Of a stretch of DNA of 64,000 nt, positions 48,655 to 59,332 are shown piece after piece; within the stretch, counting starts at the first letter, position 1, and the number at the start of each line of letters is the position of its first letter. Made by a program: the position numbers and the translations under genes. The notes beneath the pieces were generated by a model, which saw only the letters and a list, made by a program, of their open reading frames with translations, ran no database searches and had not been told where the DNA came from. Source of the DNA: Blastocladiella emersonii ATCC 22665 (Eukaryota; Fungi; Blastocladiomycota); contig JANHCV010000006.1 of NCBI GenBank assembly GCA_025594325.1, positions 682,001-746,000 of the forward strand, written 5' to 3'.

Positions 48655-49239
48655 ATGATGCTTGCTGCAACCGACCTCCCGAGCTCCATGGACCGGCTCT
48701 CCGTCTCGGCGGCGTCCGCCCAGGCGACGCCGGCGCCCGGCCCCGCCATCAAGCAGGCCGCCGTGACCGTCGACGGCCGCGCGACCAAGCTCGTCGTCAT
48801 GGGGTTCGCCAACCGCACCGTGGTCCTGATCACGCAGCTGGGCAAGGTCGGCGCGCTGGTACGGCTGTTCTCCGAACCTCGCCCCCGAGCCCCGCTCACC
48901 CTTACCCTCCGTGAATAGCTGCACGCCGAGGCCGCGACGCCGTGGGACCCGCTGGCAGCGCCGGGCGACGAGCCGACGGTGCTCGAGAAGCGCCTGCTGG
49001 GCGCCGAGTCGACGCTGCACTCCGTGTACGCGACCCAGGTGTGCCACGCGGTCGCGCGCGTCGGGCTGCCGGGCCCCGTCGTGCTCGGGCTCGCGCTGGC
49101 GCCGCTGCCGCGTACGGCGCCGCGCGAGGAGGATGAAGACGCGTGGGACGGGAGTGACGATCTCGAGGCCGAGTCGGCGCGGATGCGCGCGATTATGGGC
49201 CGCCTCGAGGACCTGATCCGCCCGCCGACGCGCCGCTAG
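48655..49239 (+). CDS. PSMG3: Proteasome assembly chaperone 3 (PAC3/PSMG3-like)
   Basis: VMGFANRTVVLITQLGKVGAL|LHA...RLLG...LHSVYATQV...VVLGLAL; one intron. Confidence 0.75.
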
Positions 49240-49323
49240 GGAAGGGAATACAAAATTCGCTACGTGTGTATATTTTTCTGTTTTGAAGTGTGCGGGGGCA
49301 GTTGAGAGCGGGAGCGACGGGCT

Positions 49324-50466
49324 TTAGATGCCCATCTTGGACAGCTTGGCCGTGAGCTCGTCTGCAGCACCGTCGTCCTCAACCTCGTCCTCCGAATCCT
49401 CGGCCTCGGCCTCCTCGTCCGAGTCGAGCTCCTCCATCTCGTCGAGCTCGTCGAGAATGTCCTCCTTGCCGAACTTGGCCAGCACCTCCTTGATGCGGTC
49501 GACCTCGGCGCCCTCGCCGTCAAAGCAGTTGCCGTTGAGCTCGAGCAGCGTGAGCTTGGCGCCGTTGGCCGCCAGCAGGTAGTCGGCGACGAGCTCGGCG
49601 CCGCGCGCGTCCATCTCGTTGAAGGCGAGGTGCAGGCGCTCGAGGCCGAACGCCTTGGCGTCGATCAGCGCCTTGAGCACGGCGCGGGCGCCCGCAGCGG
49701 ACAGGAGCGAGTCGCCGAGGTGCAGAACGCGCAGCTTGGGCCACGCGGGGAGCGCCAGGGCGAGCGCGCGCGACCCGACCTTGGTGAACGTGTTGTCCTG
49801 CAGGTCGAGCGTGTGCAGGTTCGGGCACCGCATCAGCGCCGTGACCATGTGCGAGATACCCTCGGGGCGGATCCCGTTCTGCGGCATCTGCACGTGCTCG
49901 AGAAGGCCGTGCGCCTGGAACGCCGCCGCGAGCTTCTCCATGGACCCGTTCTCGAGGCGGTTGCGGCCGGCGACGAAGACGCGCAGCGGCGACGCGAGGC
50001 CCTCGCGCTGGTTGCGCTCGGCCTGCGCCATGAGCGCGGCGGCGATGGTGGTGCCGCCCTGGATGCCCAGACCGTTGTTGTTGAGGCGCAGCGTGTGCAG
50101 CGAGCGGGTCTGCGACAGGAACGGGACGAGCGGGTTGGCGCCGGCGGGGCCGAACGCGTTGTCGGACAGATCGAGCGTGTGAACGTTGAGCGGGATCAGC
50201 ACCTCGGTCAGCGCCGTCAGGCAGTCGGGGATCTCGGACTTGAGCCGGCCCGTGAACATGTCGCTGAAGTTGCAGATCCGCAGCTTCTGCTTGCCCGCCA
50301 TGGCCGCCGAAAGCGCCTTGGCCGCGTCCACGCCGAACGTGTTGCCCGACAGGTTGATCACCTCGACGTCGGCCTGCGCCGCCAGCTGCGCCGCGTACGG
50401 CGCAACGTCGGACGCCGTGTCGAACTTGAGGCCCTTGCCGGAGATGTCGAAGGTGGTCGAAGTCAT
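49324..50466 (-). CDS. RNA1: Ran GTPase-activating protein (LRR with acidic tail)
   Basis: ISGKGLKFDT, LSGNTFGVDAA, DMFTGRLKSEIP, LSDNAFGPAG, GRNRLENGS, LDLQDNTFT; D/E-rich tail. Confidence 0.95.
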   Translation of the reverse strand: MTSTTFDISGKGLKFDTASDVAPYAAQLAAQADVEVINLSGNTFGVDAAKALSAAMAGKQKLRICNFSDMFTGRLKSEIPDCLTALTEVLIPLNVHTLDLSDNAFGPAGANPLVPFLSQTRSLHTLRLNNNGLGIQGGTTIAAALMAQAERNQREGLASPLRVFVAGRNRLENGSMEKLAAAFQAHGLLEHVQMPQNGIRPEGISHMVTALMRCPNLHTLDLQDNTFTKVGSRALALALPAWPKLRVLHLGDSLLSAAGARAVLKALIDAKAFGLERLHLAFNEMDARGAELVADYLLAANGAKLTLLELNGNCFDGEGAEVDRIKEVLAKFGKEDILDELDEMEELDSDEEAEAEDSEDEVEDDGAADELTAKLSKMGI

Positions 50467-50800
50467 GGCGCTGATGCGTTGTAGGTTTGCGTGGTGGTGT
50501 GGGAGTGAGAGCGTGGCGTTCACAGCAAGGGCGAGCGGAGAAGGAGAGACGGCGACTCGAGTCACGTCAGGTGGGAGCATGTGTGCCCCGCCGATCGGCC
50601 TGCTGCATTTTTTCTGCCCTCGCTCTCGCTGGTCGCGCCGCTCGTCGCCCTCAACCTCTCTCGGCTGCACCTCGTCCGGACCGTCCAGCTTGCCTGGCAC
50701 ACGTAGCACACTTCCCGCCGCCGACGACGCATCGACACCTGGCCCCGCTGCCGCCGTTGCCGTTCGCCCGACCAACGAATCCGAGAGACAGGACGCCACT

Positions 50801-52775
50801 ATGCCCACCGTCACCGTCGACCAGCAGTACCTCTTCGAGGCCCTCGGCCGCACCTACAGTATGTGCCGTGCTGAGGACCGCTTGTGTGCGAAAGGCCGCG
50901 ATCTGACGGCGCCGGACCCGCGACCCGCGTGTAGCCACGGACGAGTTCCGTGAGCTGTGCTTCGAGTTCGGCATTGAGCTCGAGGAGGACGTACGTGACG
51001 CTGAAGCGCTATGCACGAGGAGCGCGCTCACGCTCCTGATCGCGCGACCCGTAGACCTCGGAGCTCGCCATGGCCATTGAGCAGATCGGCGAGGCCGCCG
51101 CCCGCGCGCAGGGCCTCTCGGACAAGCCGCTGTACAAGATCGACATTCCCGCCAACCGGTACGGTTTCTATCCGCCAACGCCTCGGCACGCGGCGCCTAA
51201 CCCGCAATCCCTGTGTCTAGCTACGATCTGCTGAGTCCCGAGGGCATCGCGCGCTCGCTGCGCATCTTCCTCGGCAAGACCAAGCCGCCAACCTACACGG
51301 TGGTGAAGCCTAAGAAGGGCAAGACGATGCAGCGCATCGTCGTCAAGCCCGAGACGGCGCAGATCCGCCCGCACGTCGTCGGCGCCGTGCTGCGCAACAT
51401 GACCTTCACGCCCGCCAACTACGAGTCGTTCATTGCCCTGCAGGACAAGCTCCACACCAACATCTGCCGCAAGCGCACGCTCGTGGCGATCGGCACCCAC
51501 GACCTCGACACGCTCCAGGGGCCTTTCACCTACGAGGCGCTCGCCCCCGAGAAGATCGCCTTCAAGGCGCTCAACCAGGAGAAGTCCATGGCGGTGCCCG
51601 AGCTCTTCGAGCACTACCGCACCAAGGACAAGCACATTGGCAAGTTCCTGCACATCATCGAGCACTCGCCCGTCTACCCGCTCATCCTCGACGCCAAGCG
51701 CACCGTGTGCTCGCTGCCGCCCATCATCAACGGCGATCACTCCAAGATCACGCTCAAGACCAAGAACGTGTTCATCGAGTGCACGGCGACCGACCTGACC
51801 AAGGCCAAGATCGTTCTCAACACCATCATCGCCACCTTCTCGCAGTACTGCGCCACCCCCTTCACCGTCGAGCCCGTCGAGGTCGTGTACCCGGACGGCG
51901 CCACCCACGTGTACCCGGACGTGTCCCCGCGCAACATGACGGCCGAGATCGACTACATCACGTCGGCGATCGGCGTGACGCTGACCCCCGCGCAGGTCGT
52001 CGACTACCTCGAGCGCATGTCGCTCCCCGCGACGCTGTCGGCCGACCAGAAGCAGGTCGAGGTGTCGGTGCCCATCACGCGGTCCGACATCCTGCACGCG
52101 TGCGACATCATGGAGGACGTGGCCATCGCGTACGGGTTCAACAACATCCCCAAGACGGTCCCCGCCGTCAACACGGTCGGCAAGCCCCTGCCCATCAACA
52201 AGCTCAGCGACCTCGTCCGCCGCGAGCTCGCCCTGTCGGGCTTCTCGGAGGTGCTCCCCCTCACGCTGTGCTCGTCCGACGAGAACTACGCGTACCTGCG
52301 CCGCGCCGACCCGGGCGACGAGGCCGTCGTCCTCGCCAACCCCAAGACGGTCGAGTACCAGGTGGTCCGCACCACGCTGCTCCCCGGCATCCTCAAGACG
52401 CTGCGTGAGAACAAGTCCCGCCCCCTGCCCCTGCAGGTGTTCGAGGTGTCGGACATTGTCCTGCGCGACGAGTCCCTCGAGCGCCGCGCCCGCAACGAGC
52501 GCCGCGTCGCCGTCGCTTACGCCAACAAGAACTCTGGGTTCGAGGTGATCCACGGCGTGCTCGGCCGCGTCATGAAGATGCTCAACGTGCCCACGTCCGA
52601 GTACCGCATCGCCGAGTCCCACCACGACACCTTCTTCCCCGGCCGCCAGGCCGATATCCTGTACCGCGACCAGGTCATTGGCCAGTTCGGGATCCTCCAC
52701 CCCGAGGTCGTCGCCAACTTCGAGGTCCTGCTCCCCGTCACGGTCCTCGAGATCAACCTCGAGCCGTTCCTGTAA
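50801..52775 (+). CDS. FRS1: Cytosolic phenylalanyl-tRNA synthetase beta subunit
   Basis: MPTVTV...FRELCFEFGIELEED...YKIDIPANR|YDLLSPEG; LQDKLHTNICRKRTLVAIGTHDLD; SLPPIINGDHSKI; TRSDILHACDIMEDVAIAYG. Confidence 0.96.
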
Positions 52776-52907
52776 GCGCGCCGCTTTGCTTTTGAACCCC
52801 CATCGCTTGTTTTTGCCTCCCCTCACACCAATGAATCTGCTAGTTGCCATTCCTAACAATGCTCGACGCGGTGTGAAGCCTATGATACATGTATTCGCGC
52901 AGCGAGG

Positions 52908-53578
52908 TCACGCCGACGCCGCCATGAGCTCGTCGAGCGTGTGCAGAATGATCTGCATCTGCGCCTTGAGCTCGCTCGCCTTGTCCGTGTACTTGTTGGA
53001 GAGTCTACACGCGGTGTCCGGTCAGTCTCATGTTCGGGGAGAGGGCGCCCGCCGATACGTGTACTTTTGCAAGTGCGTCGTCTTCTTCTCGATAAACGCG
53101 AGCGCCTCGTCGAGCGTCAGCTGGACGTGGAACCCGAACCCGACCTGCACGTAGACGTAGGTCGTGTCGGGGCTACACGGACGAGTAGCCGGTGAGCAGA
53201 TCGGCCGGTGGTCGCGACAGCGCGGCGCACGGCACGTACACCTTGGCCTGGACGTAAAAGTTGTTGCCGAGGTCGACCTGCATCTTGAGCTCGGTCATGC
53301 CCGTGTCCTTGATGGTCTGGATCTGTGTTGCCAGCTTGCCGCTGGCGGGGTCGGCCGCGTCAGCGCGACGGAGGGTGGGCGATGCGTGGCATGCAGACGC
53401 ACTATTCGCTGATCTGCTCCGTGACCTTCTCGCGCAGCTCGAGCGTGGCGCGCAGGTCGACGCGCAGGTGGTTGTTGACAAAGTCCGAGTACTTTTCGAT
53501 CTCGGCCTCGAGCTCCGCGTCGCCCAGCAGCTCCTCGTCGGTGTACATGGTTTCCTGCTGGTTGCGGTTGCGATACAT
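52908..53578 (-). CDS. UXT: Prefoldin-like alpha subunit UXT
   Basis: IEKYSDFVNNHLRVDLR...ELKMQVDLGNNFYVQAKV|PDTTYVYVQVGFGFHVQLTLDEALAFI...LKAQMQIILHTLDEL*; about three introns; start at 53578 or 53548. Confidence 0.82.
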
Positions 53579-53786
53579 GTTTGCGCTGAGTCTTAGCGAT
53601 CTTCGTCGGTTGGGCAGCAAGAGGGGAGAGAAGGAGGAGAAGCGCGGGAGGGAGGAGACGCGGACGCGCAGCGATCTTCACGTGAAGCGACGACCTGTTG
53701 GTTGATCCGCGGACTCGACCTGCCTGTCTCCTCGAGGGGCCCCGAGTCCCGCGCTCTCCCTCCCCTCCCCACACGCACCGCCCACC

Positions 53787-55181
53787 ATGCTACGAACGCA
53801 CATGAATCTGCTGCGGCGCTCCGTGCAACCCGCCGTGCGGCGCCCGCTGGCCCGGCCCTGCGCCGCCGCCGCCGCGCGCCGGCACTTCAGCGAGGCCGAA
53901 CCACCACGAACGTCGTCGACCGACGCAGACTCGCCGTCGGTTCAGTCGTCCAATCCGCTGGCTTCTCTCGCTCCGCCTCCACCCGTGGCCGCTGCACCAC
54001 GTGCGCCGGGCATGCTCAAGGCGGGCGCGTTCCGGGAGAGGCTCATGACGTGGATCAGCGACCCGGCGTCCATGATGGGCCGCCCCATCAACGGGTTCCC
54101 GCTCCTGCAGGAGGCGCTCAAGGGGATCCGGCCCGGCGAGCTGACTATCGTGCGTCGTCTGCTCGCTGCCCGACCGGCATGCAACAGCGTCTGATACGGC
54201 GTGCGCTGCGCGTGTAGCTCACTGGACCGACCGGGACCGGCAAGACGACCTGGCTGTCGCAGCTGACGCTCGATCTGGCCAAGGCGGGCATGAGGTATGC
54301 CGCGCTGCCGTGATATGCGCGCGTCCGCTGACCGAATCTCGCGAATGTCTAGCACGCTGTGGGGCAGCTTCGAGATCCCGAACGACGTGCTCGTCAAGAA
54401 GATGCTGTCGCAGCACACGGGGCAGCCGTTTGACGGCATGGACACGACCACGGTCGCGCAGCACCTCAACTATCTCGGCGAAGTACGCTCCGTGCCGCCT
54501 CACCCCCCTCGCCGTGCATTGTGTCTCACTCACTTTTCTCCCCTCTAGCTCCCGCTCTACTTCATGCCGTACTTTGGCAGCACGTCCATGTCCGCGATCC
54601 TCGACTGCATGGACGCGCACGTGCGCGAGGCCCGCGTCGAGCACATCATCCTCGACAACCTGCAGTTCTTCCTGTCGGGGCAGGCCGACAGCTCCGTCGA
54701 CAAGTACCGGCTGCAGGACCGCGCGATCCACGAGCTGCGCCATTTCGCGACCTCGCGCGGCGTCCACGTCACCGTCGTCGTCCACCCGCGCAAGGAGGAG
54801 CCCGGCGCAGAGCTCACCGTCGAGAGTATCTCCGGATCGGCCAAGATTACGCAGGAGGCGGACGTCGTGCTCCTCCTCCAAAGGCGGAAACCGGGCGCTA
54901 AGGGCGACGGGCCTGAGACGCGGATCGATGTCGTCAAGAACCGGTTCGACGGGACGCTGACTCGCGTCGGGATGAAGTTTTGTCCGGCATCGCTCAAGGT
55001 ACGATTGTGACGCGCGCTGCTGTTGGCGACACGATACTCATGCGCTCGTGTGTAGTACGAGGAAACCGGCAAGGTCGAGGTGACGAAAGCCCGCAAGTAC
55101 AACAAGTCCGCGGCAAATACCTCCGACACGATTGAACGACAGCAACCGGGATCCGTTAGCCACACCATATCGGTTTTGTGA
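53787..55181 (+). CDS. TWNK: Twinkle-like mitochondrial DnaB/SF4 helicase lacking the primase region
   Basis: Arg-rich presequence; KGIRPGELTI|LTGPTGTGKTT; TLWGSFEI; LPLYFM; HIILDNLQF; HVTVVVHPRKE; GSAKITQEADVVL; KNRFDG. Four introns. Confidence 0.92.
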
Positions 55182-55318
55182 TAGAATACGACAGCTTCAG
55201 CACTTGGCCAAGAATGTTGACTCCGCTGGAGCGAGAGGGTCAGGTGAGTGGCGAGTCGCGTAGTGCGCTCACCAGCTCCCATCCTCTCCTGCGCGGTATC
55301 AAAGTCAAATCCGCTCAC

Positions 55319-57715
55319 CTATATTTCTCGCCCGTGCTCTCCACCGTCCGCTTCATCGTCAAACAACGTCCCCAGCAAGTCGACCTTCTGCAAGTCCTCG
55401 ACCTCGCCAATCAACCCGAAATCGACCGACACGTCGCCCGCGCCGCCGCCGTTCTCACCATCGTCGTCCTCGTGGTCGCTCATGATAGCTTCCATGGCGG
55501 CGGCGCTGCGGCGAGACCGCCGCGACGCGGCCGCGCGGACCGGCGTCCCGTCCAGGTCCTGCCACCCGGACCCGAGCAGCTTGCGGACCGCGGGCGACAG
55601 CGAGATGCGGCGGTGATCCGCGCTGCCGGGCGTCGTCGCGAACGCGCCCGCGTACGAGAGTCGGCGCCGTTTCGCGTGCGGACCCGCCGAACTTGGTGTA
55701 AAACCTGGCGAGGGACGCGGCCGCGCGCCGTTCGTGTGCGGCGCGGCGGACGCGGGCGTGTGCGGGATCGCGGGGGCGGCGCGGCTCGTGAGCGGGGTCA
55801 TGGCGATGATGAGAGCGGGAGCTGACTCGTCGCCGGACTCGGCAATCGTCGGGTCGTCACTGAGCAGCTGCGCGACGATCTGCTGCTCGACGTCGGCCAG
55901 CGACGTGTCGTTGCTGCTCCTGTGCTGCGTGCGGTGGCTGCGCCGGACCTGGCTGGTATCGGAACTAACAAAGGAATCGGAAGGGGTCGCGGCAACGCCG
56001 TTTCGCAGTGGCGAGAACAGGCGCTGCGAGTGCGGCGGCTGCGGGCCGAGCGCGGAGACGGTCCATGCTAGCGACGAGCTCCGGCGACGGTTCCGCGATG
56101 GCGGGGCCGGGCGGGTCAGCTCATCGACGACTGACGCGAGCGGGCGCCACTGGTTGTCGTCGTCGTCAGCGGCAGCGAGTTCGCGGACAGGCCGAGAAGT
56201 AAGCGAAAGCCGCGAAGCACGCGTCGCCGATCGAGGTGATGGAGCGGGCGCGAAGGCCGCGATCGGGGTGAGCTTGTACTCAGCAGTGAAGCGGCTGCTG
56301 AGTCGGCGAGCTGATGGCGGGGCAGTGTGGTCGGGACTCGTGAAGCTCGGCAGGGCAGCGGGCTGCCGTGCATCGCGGCGAGATGGCCCGTTTTCGACCC
56401 GTGAAGCGAGGACCGACTGTGGCGGGTCGGCGCGCTCGACTACGCTTGGCGTTGGTCCAGCGGCCGGCTGTGATGAAAGCGAGTCCTGGACCCAAACTTG
56501 GCGAACGCGATCGAGCAACCCGCCGTATCTCGAAAGGGCGAAACCATTAGGAACACCCGGCCGACCAGCTGCCGCGACCTGCGGTAAGTGGAACGCCGGC
56601 TGTGCGTCAGCGAACAAGTCCGCGCGGCTGCTAGCAATCGTGTTCTGGAGACGAGTGAGCTCGGAAGTAAGGATGGTGCACCTCGAGTCTGCGTCGTCAA
56701 TATCGAGCCGAGTTTCCGTTTGGTGACCGTCAACGGCAAGCGGGTTGACAGGGGTGGGAGCGATCGGTCGACTGGAGCACTCGTGCAGCACGGTGTTAGC
56801 ATCGTGGGCGACCCGCGTCCAGTCGACCGAGTTTCCAATCGCGGACGACACGAAATCGGGTTCAAGCACGAGCGGGATGTCTTCGATGAGCGAGGAGACG
56901 AGGTCGCGCGACTGGACCCAGGGAACTTGGGCGAGCTGGTTCCACAGCTGGACAAGCTCCGTGTGCGCTGCGAGGAGCGAGCCGTGGATATCGGGCCCAG
57001 AAGCCCGGGAAGCGCCGCGTGCCTGGAGCTCGGCAATCTCCGAGTCGAGCGAGTGCAGCGTCGACTCAAGCTCGCTGGAATACTGCTGCCAGGTGGCCTG
57101 CGCATCGAGGTGCTCCGCGACCTTGCTTCGATAAGCTGCCGAGAGAGTCGCGATATGAGCTTCGGGCGGCACATCCGCGTCGTCGGAGACGAGCCCTGCG
57201 ACGCGACGAGCAGAATCCGGCGCAAGAAGGGCGAGGTGGACGCGGAGCGCGTGGGTCGAGAGACCGAGAAGCAGCTCGATGAAGCGGTCGCCGCGACCCT
57301 CGTCCAACACGCTCCTGCGGACCCAGGTGACGCCGACAAGATGCGGCTTCAACTCCTCGAGCCACGCGCAGACGACGCCACGGAAGTCGCGGCGGGCGGC
57401 GTGATCGGCGGGCGGGTAAATAGTGCGAAACTCCTTGAGCGCGCGCGTGCGGTTGACCAGGGTGAAGAGGAAGACAAAGAGGGCGTCCGAAAGCTTCGAG
57501 TTGGCGGTGGACGCGAACGAGTGGTCGTTGAGCTGCTCGGCGTCGGGACACCGGAGGAGGCGGAGATTCGTGGCAACCAGCCGCATCGGCGGTACGCTTG
57601 CGAGCGGATCAAGCTCAGGCTGTGGTGGCGGTAGTGGTGGCGTTGCAAGCGCATCGTCCGTTGGTGGCAGCGCTTCAGGCGGAGGCGGCGACGGCGACGG
57701 CGACGGCTGGGACAT
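55319..57715 (-). CDS. HAUS6: Augmin subunit HAUS6-like protein
   Basis: TNLRLL...LFVFLF...YPPADHAARRDFRGVVCAWLEELK...RRSVLDEGRGDRFIELLLGLSTHAL is a HAUS6_N-like pattern, followed by a coiled coil and a disordered tail. Confidence 0.78.
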   Translation of the reverse strand: MSQPSPSPSPPPPEALPPTDDALATPPLPPPQPELDPLASVPPMRLVATNLRLLRCPDAEQLNDHSFASTANSKLSDALFVFLFTLVNRTRALKEFRTIYPPADHAARRDFRGVVCAWLEELKPHLVGVTWVRRSVLDEGRGDRFIELLLGLSTHALRVHLALLAPDSARRVAGLVSDDADVPPEAHIATLSAAYRSKVAEHLDAQATWQQYSSELESTLHSLDSEIAELQARGASRASGPDIHGSLLAAHTELVQLWNQLAQVPWVQSRDLVSSLIEDIPLVLEPDFVSSAIGNSVDWTRVAHDANTVLHECSSRPIAPTPVNPLAVDGHQTETRLDIDDADSRCTILTSELTRLQNTIASSRADLFADAQPAFHLPQVAAAGRPGVPNGFALSRYGGLLDRVRQVWVQDSLSSQPAAGPTPSVVERADPPQSVLASRVENGPSRRDARQPAALPSFTSPDHTAPPSARRLSSRFTAEYKLTPIAAFAPAPSPRSATRASRLSLTSRPVRELAAADDDDNQWRPLASVVDELTRPAPPSRNRRRSSSLAWTVSALGPQPPHSQRLFSPLRNGVAATPSDSFVSSDTSQVRRSHRTQHRSSNDTSLADVEQQIVAQLLSDDPTIAESGDESAPALIIAMTPLTSRAAPAIPHTPASAAPHTNGARPRPSPGFTPSSAGPHAKRRRLSYAGAFATTPGSADHRRISLSPAVRKLLGSGWQDLDGTPVRAAASRRSRRSAAAMEAIMSDHEDDDGENGGGAGDVSVDFGLIGEVEDLQKVDLLGTLFDDEADGGEHGREI

Positions 57716-57971
57716 GTTACAGCAAGAGGTGGATCCGGGGCAGTTTCATGAGTCTAGCGTAGATGCATGGGCGAGTTTGTTGCAGCAAGTTGTTCCGGGC
57801 GAAGGCGGGGTCATCACGATGGTTGCGGGGAGCGGCCGCCGCGGTCGCTGGTCGGGCCGTGGGCCGGCACACGGGACCACCTCGGAGACGCGTTTCGCTG
57901 CGCGTCTCTCATGTCTTCGCTCTCCCCGCTCAGCGATGGTTCCCTCATCTCGCTCAGGATCAGTTGAACAC

Positions 57972-58342
57972 TCAGATCTCGATTACATTGACCTTGACCT
58001 GCATCCCACACCTCTCGCACACGTCTCCTTGCCCTCAGCGGGCTTGAAGACGTGGACGTGAGCCTCCTCCTGCTCGGCCCACAGCGACGTGCGGGTCGCG
58101 TTGCGCAGCTGGGCGAGCTTCTTCTTGAACTTGGCCTCCTTGCGCTTGACCTTGTCGTCCTCGCGGCGCGCGTACTCGGCGTCCATGGCGTCGAGGCTGC
58201 CCCACTTCTCGATGGCGTACTTTTCGATCTCGCCGCGCAGGTACAGGTACATGTCGTGGTACGTGTTCTTGCGCGGGTTGGGCTTGCGCCACACCTTGAA
58301 GTTGCCGACCACGGTCAGCTCCTCCTCGGTCAGCAGGTGGTC
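57972..58342 (-). pseudogene. RAD14: 3' fragment of XPA/Rad14 (DNA-binding region) with frameshift
   Basis: Starts at a TAG acceptor: DHLLTEEEL...KPNPRKNTYHDMYLYLRGEIEKYAIEKWGSLDAMD.E..RR...KRKEAKFKKKL..LR..TR. The terminal CERCGMQVKVNVIEI* is out of frame; the N-terminal zinc finger is absent. Confidence 0.8.
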
Positions 58343-58351
58343 CTACGCGAG

Positions 58352-58912
58352 GCAGCCTCAGCGGCGGGGTGGCCCTTGAGCGACGGCGTGGTGCTCTTGC
58401 GCCGGTAGTCGCGCGCCGAGGCCTCGGCGGCCGCGTCGTACGGCCGCGTCGTACGGCCGACAGGCACCGACGCTGCCGTTGCGCAGGTTGAGCTTGGCGA
58501 ACGACGCGGAGATGGCGGCGGCGAGGCCCAGGTCGTCTTGCTTGGACGCGGACACGGACACGGACACGGACACGGACGCGGGAACCGCTGCCGGCGAGAT
58601 GCGCTTCTCAACCACGAATTTCGCGGGCTGAGCCGCGGCGGCCGTCGAACGCGACGCGGGCGCGTGCGATGCAGACCAGTAGTGGGGCGGCTGGCCGCGG
58701 GCCGCGCCGTCGGCCTCGGCGAGCGAGAGTGCGATGGCGAGGTCGAGTTCCTCCTGCTCGCGAAAAGCCGTCTGCGAGCGCGCGGCCGCCGGCGTTACTG
58801 CCAGCACGGCAGCAGCAGCGCTGGGAGCTGAATTGCGCGCGGATGTAGGCGACGGACTCGCGGCGGCGCCGAAGAGCGTGGCGGGCTTGCCGCCGTGAGC
58901 AAAGAAGCCGTC
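58352..58912 (-). pseudogene. Degraded partial copy of VPS27 (source about 5006-5520; both UIMs)
   Basis: Clear nucleotide similarity to VPS27 (EQEELDLAIALSLAEADG; DYRRKSTTPSLKGHPAAEAA). Carries a 13-bp duplication (CGGCCGTACGACG) causing a frameshift and a (GTGTCC)n expansion. Confidence 0.9.
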
Positions 58913-59332
58913 TTAGGCGCGAATTGGGCCGTCGGGCCACTCGGACGGGGCGCTCCTTCACGGCGTGCGCGTTGATGGCGATGGCGAGGTAGATGGGCCA
59001 CGCGCAGTGGCGACGGACGGTAACTGACTTGTCGCCCGCCGCGATGGTGGAAGGGCGATGGCAGAAGTGGCCGTTGAGCTCGGAGCAAGTGGTCGAGGCG
59101 CGTGCGAAAGTATGGGTGCTCGTGTTGAGCCGGTCGTCGGCGTCGAGCGATGCGCACGACAGCCGAACCAGCTGATCCCACAGGGTTCGGGCACGGCTTG
59201 TGTTGGCGTGGCGTTGGGCTGAGTGATAGATGGAGGAGCGGTGGGGTGCGGTGGCGTGCGGTCTCTGGGCGGGTCTTCTCTCCCCGTCCAGAAGCGCTAC
59301 ATCATCGATACATGCAGCCTCAGTACATTGCA

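Noticed and set aside
58913-59060. WPIYLAIAINAHAVK as a second Pif1 motif (PLxxAxAxTxH)
   Set aside because: Similarity is too weak and lacks the QG and YVALSR context.
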